Shown here: positions 31,345 through 41,457 of the stretch, one piece after another
Layout: every line of letters begins with the position of its first letter
How positions within the stretch are numbered: position 1 is the first letter of the stretch
Assembly: GCA_963815215.1 (NCBI GenBank)
Contig: CAWFFU010000011.1
Span: 480,001-544,000 of the forward strand
Length of the DNA stretch: 64,000 nt
Source of the DNA: an uncultured Trueperaceae bacterium
Lineage (GTDB): Bacteria; Deinococcota; Deinococci; Deinococcales; Trueperaceae
Direction: 5' to 3'
Program-made: the position numbers and the translations under genes
The notes under the pieces: model-generated
Told to the model about the DNA's origin: nothing
The model's input: the letters and a program-made list of their open reading frames with translations, nothing else
Database searches by the model: none

Positions 31345-32505
31345 ATGATCGGCACGGATAGGATTCGCGCGCTCCAAACGGAAGTCGCCACTCACTCGGC
31401 CCCCATCCTCTCGCTCTACCTGGACGTCAACCCTGCGCGGCCGGAGAACGCTCGCAAAGCCTACGCTCTGAGGGCGCGCGCCGCCATGGATCGGCTCGGC
31501 CTCGACAAACGCTACACCCGGGAGATCGTCGCCAGGCTGCGCCAGGACCACGGCATGCCCGATGCCCGCACGCTGGTGGTGTTCGCCGGCGACGAGCCAG
31601 GGGAGTTCTTCGAGAGCTACGCCATCCGACCCGAGATCGCGCTCGTCGAGGCGAACGAAGGGGTGGTGGCGCGCTGGGGCGAGCCCTACGTGGCCCCACT
31701 GCTGCTGACCGTGCAGGAGAAACGTCGCTACCTGACGCTGCTGTTGGCGACCGACCGCGTACGCCTGTTCGAGCTCTACCTCGACGAGGTCGTCGAGCTC
31801 GACGCCTTGGTGCAGCCGCTCGACGACAGCGACTGGCGACCGCTGCGCGAGCATTCCACCGGCGCGCCCGGCGTGCCGGCTCGCGGGGGATCTGGCAAGG
31901 ACCTCTACGACAAACGGGTCGCCGACTGGCGTAGGCGCTTCCATCTCGAGGCAGCACGCCACCTCGAGCGTACGGTCGAGGCGCTCGGCGGCGGCACCCG
32001 CCTCATCCTGATGGGTCAGGGCCCTGAGGTGAACGCCTTCGAGGGCATCCTTCCTTCGGCGCTGCAGGAGCTGGTGGTGGGGCGGCTAGCCGCCCCTGCC
32101 AACGCCGACGCCACCGCGGCCGAGCTCGGGCCGCAGTTCACCGCGGCGTTGGAGGCGATCGAGACCGCCGCGGAGATCGCGGTGCTCGACCGCATCCAGG
32201 AGAAGGGTGTCTGGGGCTTCGACACCACCCTCGACGCCGTCGGTGAGGGGCGGATCTACCTGCTGGCCGTCCCCTGGCGCATGCGCGCCAGGGTGTTCCA
32301 GTGCGGCGAAGGCGACCGCGTCACGGCGAGCCACAGCGAAGCCTCGCGCCTCTACCCCGGCGAGACGATCCACGAGACCGCCCTCGCCGACGTCCTGCCC
32401 GCGCTCATCACCCGCCAGAACTTGCAGCTCGCCGTCATGCACGGCGACAACGAGACGCGCCTCAACGAGGCCTTCGGCGGCCTGGCGGGTCTCGCCCGCT
32501 GGTAG
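31345..32505 (+). CDS. Bacterial aeRF1/Pelota-type release-factor homolog (baeRF), possible Balon-like hibernation factor
   Basis: ILSLYLDV start, TLVVFA, GEPYVAPL, RLILMG, C-terminal GGLAGLARW; no GGQ (RGGSG in the equivalent loop). Confidence 0.75.
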   Translation: MIGTDRIRALQTEVATHSAPILSLYLDVNPARPENARKAYALRARAAMDRLGLDKRYTREIVARLRQDHGMPDARTLVVFAGDEPGEFFESYAIRPEIALVEANEGVVARWGEPYVAPLLLTVQEKRRYLTLLLATDRVRLFELYLDEVVELDALVQPLDDSDWRPLREHSTGAPGVPARGGSGKDLYDKRVADWRRRFHLEAARHLERTVEALGGGTRLILMGQGPEVNAFEGILPSALQELVVGRLAAPANADATAAELGPQFTAALEAIETAAEIAVLDRIQEKGVWGFDTTLDAVGEGRIYLLAVPWRMRARVFQCGEGDRVTASHSEASRLYPGETIHETALADVLPALITRQNLQLAVMHGDNETRLNEAFGGLAGLARW

Positions 32506-32509
32506 GCCC

Positions 32510-32860
32510 GTGTCAGAGACCGATCGCGCGCAAGAGGTCGTTCGCCGCCTACTCGATGCCGAGAAGAGCGCCCACGCACGCCTGGCGGAGGCAGAGGAGC
32601 GGGCCCGTCAACGGCTCGCGAGCGCCCGGCAGGAAGCCGAGCGCCAGCGCGCCCAGGCGCAGGAACGCGCGACGAGCGAACGGCATGCCGCGCTGGCCTC
32701 GGCACGCAACGATGCCGAAGCGGAGGCGGCCGCGCTCGTCGCCGCCGAGCAGGACCGGTGGCAGCGGATCGGGGATGCGGCTCACAGCCGAACGGACGCC
32801 GCCGTCGACGAGGTGGTCGCCTGGGTCTGCGCCGACGACGACGCGGAGCCGTTCCCATGA
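32510..32860 (+). CDS. V/A-type ATPase peripheral stalk subunit G/H-like
   Basis: Ala/Glu/Arg coiled coil, first in ATPase cluster, overlaps next gene. Confidence 0.65.
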   Translation: MSETDRAQEVVRRLLDAEKSAHARLAEAEERARQRLASARQEAERQRAQAQERATSERHAALASARNDAEAEAAALVAAEQDRWQRIGDAAHSRTDAAVDEVVAWVCADDDAEPFP

Positions 32861-33888
32861 TGGGGGTGCTCCGCCACGCGGCCTCCCACGCGCAGGTGCG
32901 CGCACGCCTTCCCGGACTGCTCCTCCCGTCCCAGTGGCAGGCGCTGCTCGAGGCACAGGACGTCGAAGGCATCGCCCGGCGCCTTCAAGGAGGCGCCTAC
33001 GGGAGCGGGCTCCCCGAGCAGCCCGCCGCCCTCGAGCGCCACCTCAAGGCGACGCTTGCCGAGGAGACGAGCACCGTGGCGACGTTCCAATGGGGTGCCA
33101 CCCGGGCGCTGCTCGCCACCTACGCGCGACGTTTCGAGCTGTCCAACCTCAAGACCGTCCTTCGCGCCCGCCACTACGGCATCCCCTGGGAACGGAGCGC
33201 GGTCGTGATGATCCCCCTGAAGCGCTCGGCGTTACCGTGGCGCGCGCTGCTCGAGGCGTCGTCCATGGAGGCCGTCGCGCGCATGCTCGAAGCGACGCCG
33301 TTCGCGAGGCCGCTGGTCACCGTCTTGGAACAGCAGGGGGATGCCGCTCCCTTCCGCTTCGAGGTCGCCCTCGACCTGGCCTACTTCCAGGAACTCGTGA
33401 GGCGCATCGAGCGCTTGACGGGCCGCGACGGCGAACGCGCCCGCACGTTCCTCGGCGATTGGATCGAGGTCGAGAACCTGTCCTGGGCCTTCCGCTACCG
33501 GCGGCTGGCCGGGCTCACGCCCGAGGAGACGGTCAACTACACGCTGCACCGGGCCTTCGGAGCGGGGCTCGACGCGGTGAGGCGGGTGGTGATGGGGAGC
33601 ACCGTCGCCGAGGAGGCGGCCCGCCTCGGGTACGTGATCGACGACGACGCTCCGGAGGACGAGGCGCTCGCCGCCCTGGAGCGGACCGCCGGACAACAGC
33701 GCGCCGAGGCGGCCCTCCGCGTGTTCCTGGGAGCGCCGTTCGACGTGGGCGCTCCCCTGGCGTTGCTCACCCTGCGCGAGACCGAGGTGCTCGACCTGAT
33801 CACGCTGATCGAGGGCGTCGCGGCGGGCCTGAGCAAGGGCGCGCTGGCCACCCGCTTCCTGGGACCGTTGCGCCACGGAGAGGCCTGA
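32857..33888 (+). CDS. V/A-type ATPase subunit C (d)
   Basis: AQVRAR, ELSNLKTVLR, EVALDLAYF, IEVENL. Confidence 0.85.
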   Translation: MMGVLRHAASHAQVRARLPGLLLPSQWQALLEAQDVEGIARRLQGGAYGSGLPEQPAALERHLKATLAEETSTVATFQWGATRALLATYARRFELSNLKTVLRARHYGIPWERSAVVMIPLKRSALPWRALLEASSMEAVARMLEATPFARPLVTVLEQQGDAAPFRFEVALDLAYFQELVRRIERLTGRDGERARTFLGDWIEVENLSWAFRYRRLAGLTPEETVNYTLHRAFGAGLDAVRRVVMGSTVAEEAARLGYVIDDDAPEDEALAALERTAGQQRAEAALRVFLGAPFDVGAPLALLTLRETEVLDLITLIEGVAAGLSKGALATRFLGPLRHGEA

Positions 33889-33892
33889 CCCC

Positions 33893-35794
33893 GTGCTCGC
33901 GCCCGAACGGCTCCAGGAAGTGAGCATCTTCGTTCTCGAGCGCGACGTGGAGATCGTCACCAACGTCCTGCTCCACGCCGAGTCCCTCCACCTCGAGGAC
34001 GTCGAGACCGAGTCCCTGGAACCGAAGCGCCACTGGGCGGAGACCGCCGATCGGGCGCTGGCCCTGGCGCGCCGTGCCGGTCAGGTGCTCGAGCTCCTCG
34101 ACATCGAACCGCTGACGCAGGCGCCGACCGAACCCGTGCGCCCCGGCGACGAGCTCGACCTCATGGAAGCCCAGCTCGTCCTGGCCGAGACACGCGTCGC
34201 TTCCTGGCGCGCGCGCGCGGACCGGAGCCGGCGCGAGCTGGAGTCGCTGGCGCTGACGCGGTCCCAACTCGAGCTGCTCGAGCCGCTGCGCGTGCCCGTC
34301 GAAGCGCTGGGGGAGCTGCGGCAACACCACGTCGTCGTCGGAACGATGCCGGCGGAGAACCTGACTCGCGTCGCCGAGGCGCTCTTCACCGTGTCGTTCG
34401 TGATCGCGCCGGTGCAGGTGCGCGCCGGACGCGCACTGGTGGTAGCGGCCAGCACGCGTCAGGACGCCGCCATCCTGGACCGGGCACTGCGCAGCGCCTT
34501 CTTCGAACCGATCCCCCTTCCCGCCGACGCGCGTGGTCATCCGGAGGAGGCGCTGGCGGCGCTCGATCGGCGCGCGGAGCTTGCCCGGGCGAGCGACAGC
34601 GAGCTCCGTGCCGAACGCGCCCGCCTCGCCGGCGCGCTGCGAGACACCCTCGTTCCACTGGAAGCGCGTCTGCGCGCTGCGTCGATCGTGGCCGAGGCGA
34701 TCCGGCGCTTCCCCGGACGCGGTGAGGTGTACCTGATCGCGGGCTGGGTCCCCGAGCGCAGGGTGGAGGCCCTCGGCAGCGAGCTCCGGGCCGCCGCCGA
34801 CGCGCCCATCGTGCTCCAGGCGGCGCCGCCTGCCGGCACGCGCCAGGGCGTGCCCACGCTGCTCAGCGCACCTGCCTGGTTACGGCCATTCCGGATCCTG
34901 GTCACCACCTTCGGCCTCTCGGGCTACCGCGAGATCGACCCCACGTTACCGGCGGCGGCGACCTTCGTACTGATGTACGGGATGATGTTCGGAGACGTCG
35001 GGCACGGCCTGCTCCTGGCGGCGGCCGGCGCCTTGCTGGGCAGGCGCGTCGGTCCCATGGCGCGCATCATCACCGTGGCGGGTGTGAGCGGTGCCCTGTT
35101 CGGCGTGCTCTACGGGACCGTGTTCGGCGCCCCGCTGTTCCCTCCCCTGTGGCTGCGCCCCATGGACCGCATCCAGGACCTGCTCCTGGCGTCCATCGCC
35201 GCCGGCGTGGTGGTCCTCAACCTCGGCTTCGGCCTCAACCTGCTCACGCGGGCCCGCGCCCACGATCTCCTCGCGCTCGTGCTGGACAGGAACGGTATCG
35301 TCGGGATCCTGCTGTACTGGACGCTCATCGGAGGCACCGCCCTGAGCCTCCTCGGTCGGCTCGACATCCGTGTTGTGCTCGTGACGCTGGCCCCGTTGGC
35401 GTTGCTGCTGTGGCTCAAGGAGCCGATCCAGGAGTGGCTCCGGGGACGGCCCGTGGGGCCCATCGGCGACACCCTCGTGACGGGCTTCTTCGAGCTCTTC
35501 GAGACGGTGCTCGGCTACGCCAGCAACAGCCTCTCCTTCGTGCGCCTGGGGGCTTTCGCGGTGGCCCACGAGGGGCTCTCCGCGATGGTGCTGCGCTACT
35601 CAGGGGGGCCGGCGGGCTGGATCGTGCTGGTCCTGGGGACCGCGCTGATCGTGGGCTTCGAGGGGCTGGTGGTGGGGATCCAGGCCTTGCGCCTGGAGTA
35701 CTTCGAGTTCTTCGGTCGTTTCTTCAGGGGCGACGGCACTCCCTTCGTCCCGTTGACGTTCCAGGGAGGTCGCGATGCTCGCATTCACGCCTAG
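33893..35794 (+). CDS. V/A-type ATPase subunit I (a)
   Basis: GWVP, YREIDPT, YGMMFGDVGHG, NSLSFVRL essential Arg, LRLEYFEFFGRF. Confidence 0.92.
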   Translation: MLAPERLQEVSIFVLERDVEIVTNVLLHAESLHLEDVETESLEPKRHWAETADRALALARRAGQVLELLDIEPLTQAPTEPVRPGDELDLMEAQLVLAETRVASWRARADRSRRELESLALTRSQLELLEPLRVPVEALGELRQHHVVVGTMPAENLTRVAEALFTVSFVIAPVQVRAGRALVVAASTRQDAAILDRALRSAFFEPIPLPADARGHPEEALAALDRRAELARASDSELRAERARLAGALRDTLVPLEARLRAASIVAEAIRRFPGRGEVYLIAGWVPERRVEALGSELRAAADAPIVLQAAPPAGTRQGVPTLLSAPAWLRPFRILVTTFGLSGYREIDPTLPAAATFVLMYGMMFGDVGHGLLLAAAGALLGRRVGPMARIITVAGVSGALFGVLYGTVFGAPLFPPLWLRPMDRIQDLLLASIAAGVVVLNLGFGLNLLTRARAHDLLALVLDRNGIVGILLYWTLIGGTALSLLGRLDIRVVLVTLAPLALLLWLKEPIQEWLRGRPVGPIGDTLVTGFFELFETVLGYASNSLSFVRLGAFAVAHEGLSAMVLRYSGGPAGWIVLVLGTALIVGFEGLVVGIQALRLEYFEFFGRFFRGDGTPFVPLTFQGGRDARIHA

Positions 35795-36122
35795 GGCCTG
35801 CAGGTCCTTCGTCCTTCGGTTGCTCGTCGTGCTGGCGGCGGGTGCGGGATCCACGCTGGCAGCGGCCCAGACGGCCCCGCAGAGCCCTGTCGAGGCGGTT
35901 CAGGCCGTCACTCAGGGCAATCCCTTCCTGGCCGCCGCCATCGCCACCGGTCTCGCCGCCATCGGAGCGGGCATCGCCGTCGGGATCGCCGGGGCCGCGG
36001 CCATCGGCGCGATCGCCGAGAAGCCCGAGCTGCTCGGCCGGAGCCTGATCTTCGTCGGGCTGGCCGAGGGCATCGTCATCTACGGGTTGATCATCTCGTT
36101 CATCATCCTCGGGACGGGGTGA
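35775..36122 (+). CDS. V/A-type ATPase proteolipid subunit K (c), single hairpin with N-terminal extension
   Basis: GAAAIGAIAEKP, LAEGIVIYG ion-binding Glu. Confidence 0.92.
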   Translation: MLAFTPRACRSFVLRLLVVLAAGAGSTLAAAQTAPQSPVEAVQAVTQGNPFLAAAIATGLAAIGAGIAVGIAGAAAIGAIAEKPELLGRSLIFVGLAEGIVIYGLIISFIILGTG

Positions 36123-36448
36123 GCGCCGTGGCCGGCGCGCGCGGGCTCACGGTCATCGGGGGCGCCGATGTCGTCCTCGGCCTCGGGCTGCTCGGTATCG
36201 ACGGGGTCGTCGTCTCCGACGCGACGCAGGCCCGCGTTGCACTGGCACGAGCCCTGGCCGATCGCGACACCGCGCTGGTGCTGGTGGACGAGGCCTGGGT
36301 CGAGGACCTGCGCGACACCGTGGAGGCGGTCGCCCAGGAGTCCGCGAGCCCGTTGGTGGTCGAGATCCCCAGCGCGATCGGAGCCGACGCGGCGCTTACC
36401 CTGCACCTGAGGGTCGAACGCGCACTCGGCTTCAAGTTGAGGGAGTGA
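36119..36448 (+). CDS. V/A-type ATPase subunit F
   Basis: VIGGADVVLGLGLLGI, PLVVEIP, ERALG. Confidence 0.85.
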   Translation: MSAVAGARGLTVIGGADVVLGLGLLGIDGVVVSDATQARVALARALADRDTALVLVDEAWVEDLRDTVEAVAQESASPLVVEIPSAIGADAALTLHLRVERALGFKLRE

Positions 36449-37095
36449 GGATCGGCATGTTGGACGTGCGCGGGGACCTGGAAGCGCTGGTCGCGGAGGC
36501 TCATCGGCGGGTGGAGCAGAATGCCCTCGACAAGGAGGCTTCGGCCGACCGACGCTCCGCCGAAGCGCTGGACGAGGCGCGGAACGCCGTCGCCGCGATC
36601 CTCCACGATCACCGCGAGCGCACGAGGACCGAGGCCTCCGAAGCCCGCGCGCACGTGCTGGCGCTCGGGGAGATGCGCTCGAAGCGGGTCGCTCTGGAGC
36701 AACGCGAAGCACTGCTCGACGCCGTCTGGAGCGCCGCCACGGCGCGCCTCGAGGAGCTCCCCGACGACGGCCGCAGGTACCTCGCCACGCTCCGCCGACT
36801 CGCCGCGCTGGCCGCCCGGAACCTCCGCGCGGCCGAGGTCGAGCTCTCCTCCGAGGTGCGCGGCCACGACCTCCTGACGCCCGAGCGGCTCGAGGCCTGG
36901 GGCGCCGAGGACGATGTGCACTATCGACGTGCGGCCGCTCCCGTTGCGATGATGGGCGGCCTCATGGCCAGCGCCGGCCGGCTCCGAGTCGATTCCAGTT
37001 TCGATACCCGACTCCAGATCGCCCGGGAGGAGCTGCGTGAGGTCGCCACCGCGCGGCTCCTGGGAAGCGACGTCGTAGCGGGAGCGGAGCGTTGA
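36445..37095 (+). CDS. V/A-type ATPase subunit E
   Basis: N-terminal coiled coil, MGGL...VDSSFDTRL; position before subunit A. Confidence 0.8.
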   Translation: MRIGMLDVRGDLEALVAEAHRRVEQNALDKEASADRRSAEALDEARNAVAAILHDHRERTRTEASEARAHVLALGEMRSKRVALEQREALLDAVWSAATARLEELPDDGRRYLATLRRLAALAARNLRAAEVELSSEVRGHDLLTPERLEAWGAEDDVHYRRAAAPVAMMGGLMASAGRLRVDSSFDTRLQIAREELREVATARLLGSDVVAGAER

Positions 37096-37099
37096 CGCC

Positions 37100-38908
37100 G
37101 TGAGGCAGGTCGGTACCGTGACCTGGATCAGCGGACCGGTCGTCAAGGCGCGGCTGACGGCGCCGGTCGGGCTGATGGAGCAAGTCTGGGTCGGCACCCT
37201 CGGGCTGGCGGGCGAGGTCATCGCGCGTGAACACGATCTCGCGACGGTGCAGGTGTACGAGGAGACGGACGGCGTCCGGCCCGGCGAACCCGTGCGGTCC
37301 GACGGGCACCCGCTCGAGGTGGCCCTGGGACCGGGCCTGCTTGGCCAGGTCTACGACGGCCTTCAACGTCCGCTCGAGAGGTTGCTTGAGAGCGGTCCCG
37401 GCATCGAGCGCGGGGCCCACGCCGAACCCCTCCCGGATCGAACGTGGCCGTTCGTGGCGCGCGCCGTCGAGGGCGCCGACCTCCACCCCGGCTCCGTGCT
37501 GGGCGTCGTGCAGGAGACTCCGCTGATCGAGCATCGGGTACTCGTTCCGCCCGGCCTCGAGGGCCGGCTCGAGTGGATCGCCGACGACGGTCAGGTGGCC
37601 CGCGACCAGGTGATGGCCCGGCTCCGCAGCGACGCCGACGGCGAGGTGCACGAGCTGACGCTGGTGCAACGCTGGCCCGTCAGGGTGGCACGTCCGGCGC
37701 GGAGGAGGCTAGAGTCCCACCGGCCCCTGGTGACGGGGCAACGCGTGCTCGACACCTTCTACCCCGTCGCGCGCGGCGGCGCGGTGGCCCTGCCAGGACC
37801 GTTCGGCGCCGGCAAGACCATCCTGCAGCACAGTCTCGCCAAATGGTGCGACGCCCAGGTGATCGTCTACGTGGGGTGCGGCGAACGCGGCAACGAGATC
37901 GCCCAGGTGCTCACCGAGTTCCCCAGCCTGCTCGATCCCGCCTCCGGCCGGCCACTGCTGGAGCGGACGATCCTGATCGCCAACACCTCGAACATGCCTG
38001 TGGCCGCGCGCGAGGCCAGCATCTACACGGGGCTGGCGATGGCCGAGTACTACCGCGACATGGGCTACAGCGTCGCGTTGATGGCCGACTCGACCAGTCG
38101 CTGGGCCGAGGCCCTCAGGGAGATCGCGGGGCGGCTCGAGGAGATGCCGGCCGAGGAGGGCTACCCTGCCTACCTGCCCAGTCGGCTGGCCGCCTTCTAC
38201 GAGCGCGCCGGCGTGGTGGAAACGCTCTCGGGCGAGTCCGGCTCCGTCACCATCATCGGTGCCGTCAGCCCTCCGGGCGGCGACTTCACCGAGCCGGTAA
38301 CCCAGCACACCCAGCGCTTCACGCGGGCGCTCTGGGCCCTCAGCCGCGATCTCGCCGGAGCCCGTCACTACCCGGCCATCAGTTGGGAGAACAGCTACAG
38401 CTTCTATGTCGACGAGGTCGCCACCTGGTGGGATGCTGAGGGAAGCGAGGGCTGGACGGACCTGCGCCGCCGCGCCGTGTCCATCCTGGAGCAGGATGCG
38501 CGCCTCGAGCAGATCGTCAGGCTGGTCGGAAGCGAGGCGCTGCCCGACCGTCAGCGCTGGGTGCTGGAAGCGGCCCGGCTGCTCAAGGAAGGCTTCCTGC
38601 GCCAGAACGCCCTCCACCCCATCGACGCCACCTGCACGCCGAAGAAGCAGGCGATGCTGTTGGCCCTGTTCGTGCGGCTGTACGAACGCGGCCGTGACCT
38701 GATCGACGCCGGCGTGCCTCTCGTGCGGGTACGTTCCGCGATCGACGCCGGGCGCCTGCTCCGGCTCAAGGAGACCGTTCCAGGCGATGACCTGTCGCTC
38801 ATCGAGGCCGCTGAGAAGGAGATGGATGCCGCTCTGGTGGCGCTGCGTCCCACTCCGCCTGCGGCGAACGCGACCGAGGCCGCGTCGCCGGAAGGGGACG
38901 CGCCGTGA
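37100..38908 (+). CDS. V/A-type ATPase catalytic subunit A
   Basis: GPFGAGKT, GCGERGNE, ADSTSRWAEALRE, AVSPPGGDFTEPVT. Confidence 0.96.
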   Translation: MRQVGTVTWISGPVVKARLTAPVGLMEQVWVGTLGLAGEVIAREHDLATVQVYEETDGVRPGEPVRSDGHPLEVALGPGLLGQVYDGLQRPLERLLESGPGIERGAHAEPLPDRTWPFVARAVEGADLHPGSVLGVVQETPLIEHRVLVPPGLEGRLEWIADDGQVARDQVMARLRSDADGEVHELTLVQRWPVRVARPARRRLESHRPLVTGQRVLDTFYPVARGGAVALPGPFGAGKTILQHSLAKWCDAQVIVYVGCGERGNEIAQVLTEFPSLLDPASGRPLLERTILIANTSNMPVAAREASIYTGLAMAEYYRDMGYSVALMADSTSRWAEALREIAGRLEEMPAEEGYPAYLPSRLAAFYERAGVVETLSGESGSVTIIGAVSPPGGDFTEPVTQHTQRFTRALWALSRDLAGARHYPAISWENSYSFYVDEVATWWDAEGSEGWTDLRRRAVSILEQDARLEQIVRLVGSEALPDRQRWVLEAARLLKEGFLRQNALHPIDATCTPKKQAMLLALFVRLYERGRDLIDAGVPLVRVRSAIDAGRLLRLKETVPGDDLSLIEAAEKEMDAALVALRPTPPAANATEAASPEGDAP

Positions 38909-40344
38909 GCGCCTCCGGCCGCTCGGGCCGGATCGAGCTGGTGGGCGCCGACCGCATCGAGGGTCCGCTCCTCCTGCTCGAGGGGTTCGGGAGGGCGGCC
39001 TACGGCGAAGTGGTCGAGGTCCACGGCGCCGGGCCGGTCCGCCTCGGCGAAGTGCTCGCCTCCTCGGAGGAATCCGCCGTGATCGAGTTGTGGGGCAACA
39101 CCGCCGGCATGACTCCCGAGTCGTTGAGCGTACGCTTCCGGGGCGAGACGCTGCACGCGCCGGTGGCCGAGGAGATGCTCGGGCGGGTGTTCGACGGGCT
39201 CGGTCGGCCGCGTGACGGCCTGCCCCCTCCGATCGCGGAGCGCCGCGTCGACGTCCATGGGCGGCCCATCAATCCCGCAGCCCGCGCCTATCCGCGCGAT
39301 CCCATCGAGACCGGCGTGTCGGCGATCGACCTGATGAACACCCTGGTACGCGGGCAGAAGCTCCCGCTGCTGTCGGGGTCGGGGTTGCCCCACAACGAGC
39401 TGGCGGCGCAGATCGCCCTGCAGGCCCGGGTCGCCGACGAGCGCGAGCGCTTCGCCGTGGTGTTCGTTGCGCTGGGAAGCTCGCACGACACCGCTGCGTT
39501 CTTCCGCCAGCAGTTCGAGGACTCCGGCCTGCTGGCCCGCACGGCCCTGTTCCTCAACCTGGCCGACGACGCACCGATGGAGCGCATCGTCACGCCCCGC
39601 GTGGCGCTGTCGCTGGCCGAGCACCTGGCCTTCGAGCACGACTACCACGTCCTCGCTCTCCTGACGGACATGACCAACTACGCCGAGGCCCTCCGCGAGC
39701 TCTCCGCTCGCAAGAACGAGGTACCCGGTCGAAAGGGCTACCCCGGCTACCTCTACACCGACCTGGCGTCGATCTACGAGCGCTGCGGCCGCATCAAGGG
39801 CAGGAAGGGGTCGCTCACCCAGATCCCCATCCTGACGATGCCGGGCGACGACATCACCCACCCCGTGCCCGACCTCACCGGCTACATCACCGAGGGCCAG
39901 GTGGTGCTCGACCGGGCGCTCCACCGGGCCGAGGTCTACCCGCCGGTGGACGTCATGCTGTCGCTGTCGCGGCTGATGAAGGACGGCATCGGCGAGGGAC
40001 GCACGCGCGCCGATCACGTCGGACTCGCTGCGCAACTCTATGCGGCCTACGCCCGGGTCCGGGAGGTCCGCAATCTGGCGACCGTGATCGGCGATGCGGC
40101 GCTGGCGACGGTCGACCGCATGTACCTAGAGTTCGGAGAGCGCTTCGAGCACGACGTCCTGCGGCAGGGGTCGAGCGAGATCCGCGCGTTCGACGATAGC
40201 CTCGATCGCGGCTGGGCCGCGCTCTCGGTGCTGCCCATGGACGAGCTCACGCGCGTCGGCGCGGAGGATCTGCGGAACCACTACGGTGGCCGCCCGCCGG
40301 CCGCCGAGGCGACCCCGCCTGTTGCGCCTGAGGAAGCCCGATGA
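38905..40344 (+). CDS. V/A-type ATPase subunit B
   Basis: RGQKLP..SGSGLPHN, DMTNYAEALRE, GYPGYLYTDL, PDLTGYITEGQ. Confidence 0.96.
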   Translation: MSASGRSGRIELVGADRIEGPLLLLEGFGRAAYGEVVEVHGAGPVRLGEVLASSEESAVIELWGNTAGMTPESLSVRFRGETLHAPVAEEMLGRVFDGLGRPRDGLPPPIAERRVDVHGRPINPAARAYPRDPIETGVSAIDLMNTLVRGQKLPLLSGSGLPHNELAAQIALQARVADERERFAVVFVALGSSHDTAAFFRQQFEDSGLLARTALFLNLADDAPMERIVTPRVALSLAEHLAFEHDYHVLALLTDMTNYAEALRELSARKNEVPGRKGYPGYLYTDLASIYERCGRIKGRKGSLTQIPILTMPGDDITHPVPDLTGYITEGQVVLDRALHRAEVYPPVDVMLSLSRLMKDGIGEGRTRADHVGLAAQLYAAYARVREVRNLATVIGDAALATVDRMYLEFGERFEHDVLRQGSSEIRAFDDSLDRGWAALSVLPMDELTRVGAEDLRNHYGGRPPAAEATPPVAPEEAR

Positions 40345-40985
40345 GCGGCGGCCACGGCGCCGCGGGCGGGCCTCCGACCCGGGCCAGGCTCCTCGAGCTG
40401 CGCCGCAGACTCGAGGAAGCGCGCGCGGGCCACGCCATGCTCGAGCGCAAGCGTGAGGTGCTGCTGCGCGAGGTCTGGAGCCTGCTCCGCGAGCTCGGGC
40501 ACGTGGAGCGCGACGTGCGGCGCCGCTTCGGAACCGCCTACGCCGCCCTGCGCGAAGCGCGGCTGGCCATGGGTAGCGAAGGGCTGGCATGGGCGGCGCT
40601 GGCGCCGGCCGCACGCAGCACGTGCGTCACAGAAGCTCGCTCGGTGATGGGGGTGACCCTCCCGCTGGTGCATGTGACCGTCACGGCCCTGCCTCTTCCC
40701 TACAGCCCATTCGGCACCAGCGTGACCATGGACCGGGCGCGGCAGCGCTGGCTCGAAGTCGGGGAGGTGCTGGGCGCGTGGGCCGAGACCTACAGCTCGG
40801 TGTGGCGGGCGAGTGCGGAGCTGGCGAGAACCCAGCGCCGCGTCAACGCCCTCGAGAAGCTGCTCATCCCCGACTACGAGGTCGCCATCCACGCCATCGA
40901 AGAGGCGCTCGAGGAGCAGGAGCGCGCGACCTTCCTGCGCGGCAAACGTGTCAAGGAGCGGAAGGAGGCCGAAGGTGAACGATAG
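40341..40985 (+). CDS. V/A-type ATPase subunit D
   Basis: PTRARLLEL, GHAMLERKR, TQRRVNALE, LEEQER. Confidence 0.92.
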   Translation: MSGGHGAAGGPPTRARLLELRRRLEEARAGHAMLERKREVLLREVWSLLRELGHVERDVRRRFGTAYAALREARLAMGSEGLAWAALAPAARSTCVTEARSVMGVTLPLVHVTVTALPLPYSPFGTSVTMDRARQRWLEVGEVLGAWAETYSSVWRASAELARTQRRVNALEKLLIPDYEVAIHAIEEALEEQERATFLRGKRVKERKEAEGER

Positions 40986-41457
40986 CGTGTTCAGCAAGAT
41001 CCTGGTGCCGACGGACGGCTCCGAAGGCTCGATCCAGGCCGCGCGCCTGGCCCTCGACATGCTCCGCGGGAGCTCCGGTCGGCTGGCGCTCCTGTTCGTC
41101 GTGGACACCGCGGTGCTCAGCGAGCTGCGGCGTTTCGGGGAGCAGACCGAGGCGGAGGTGGAGAGCGAGCTGCACGAGCACGGCAAGCGCTACCTCGATC
41201 TCCTCGTGGAGGAAGCGAAGGCCGGCGGCATCGGCGCCGAGACGTTCCTCAGGGAGGGTGACCCGTTCGCGGAGATCGTGGCGCTCGCCCGCGACATCGG
41301 CGCCGACCTGATCGCCATGGGCCATGTAGGCCAGCGCGGCACGCGCCGCGTGCTGCTCGGCTCGGTCACGCAGCGCGTGCTCGACTTCGCTCACTGCCCG
41401 GTGCTGGTCGTCAAGCACGAGACGACCGAGCACGTACCATGGGGGACGAACCCATGA
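40975..41457 (+). CDS. Universal stress protein
   Basis: KILVPTDGS...MGHVG..LLGSVTQRV..CPVLVVK; overlaps subunit D stop. Confidence 0.92.
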   Translation: MNDSVFSKILVPTDGSEGSIQAARLALDMLRGSSGRLALLFVVDTAVLSELRRFGEQTEAEVESELHEHGKRYLDLLVEEAKAGGIGAETFLREGDPFAEIVALARDIGADLIAMGHVGQRGTRRVLLGSVTQRVLDFAHCPVLVVKHETTEHVPWGTNP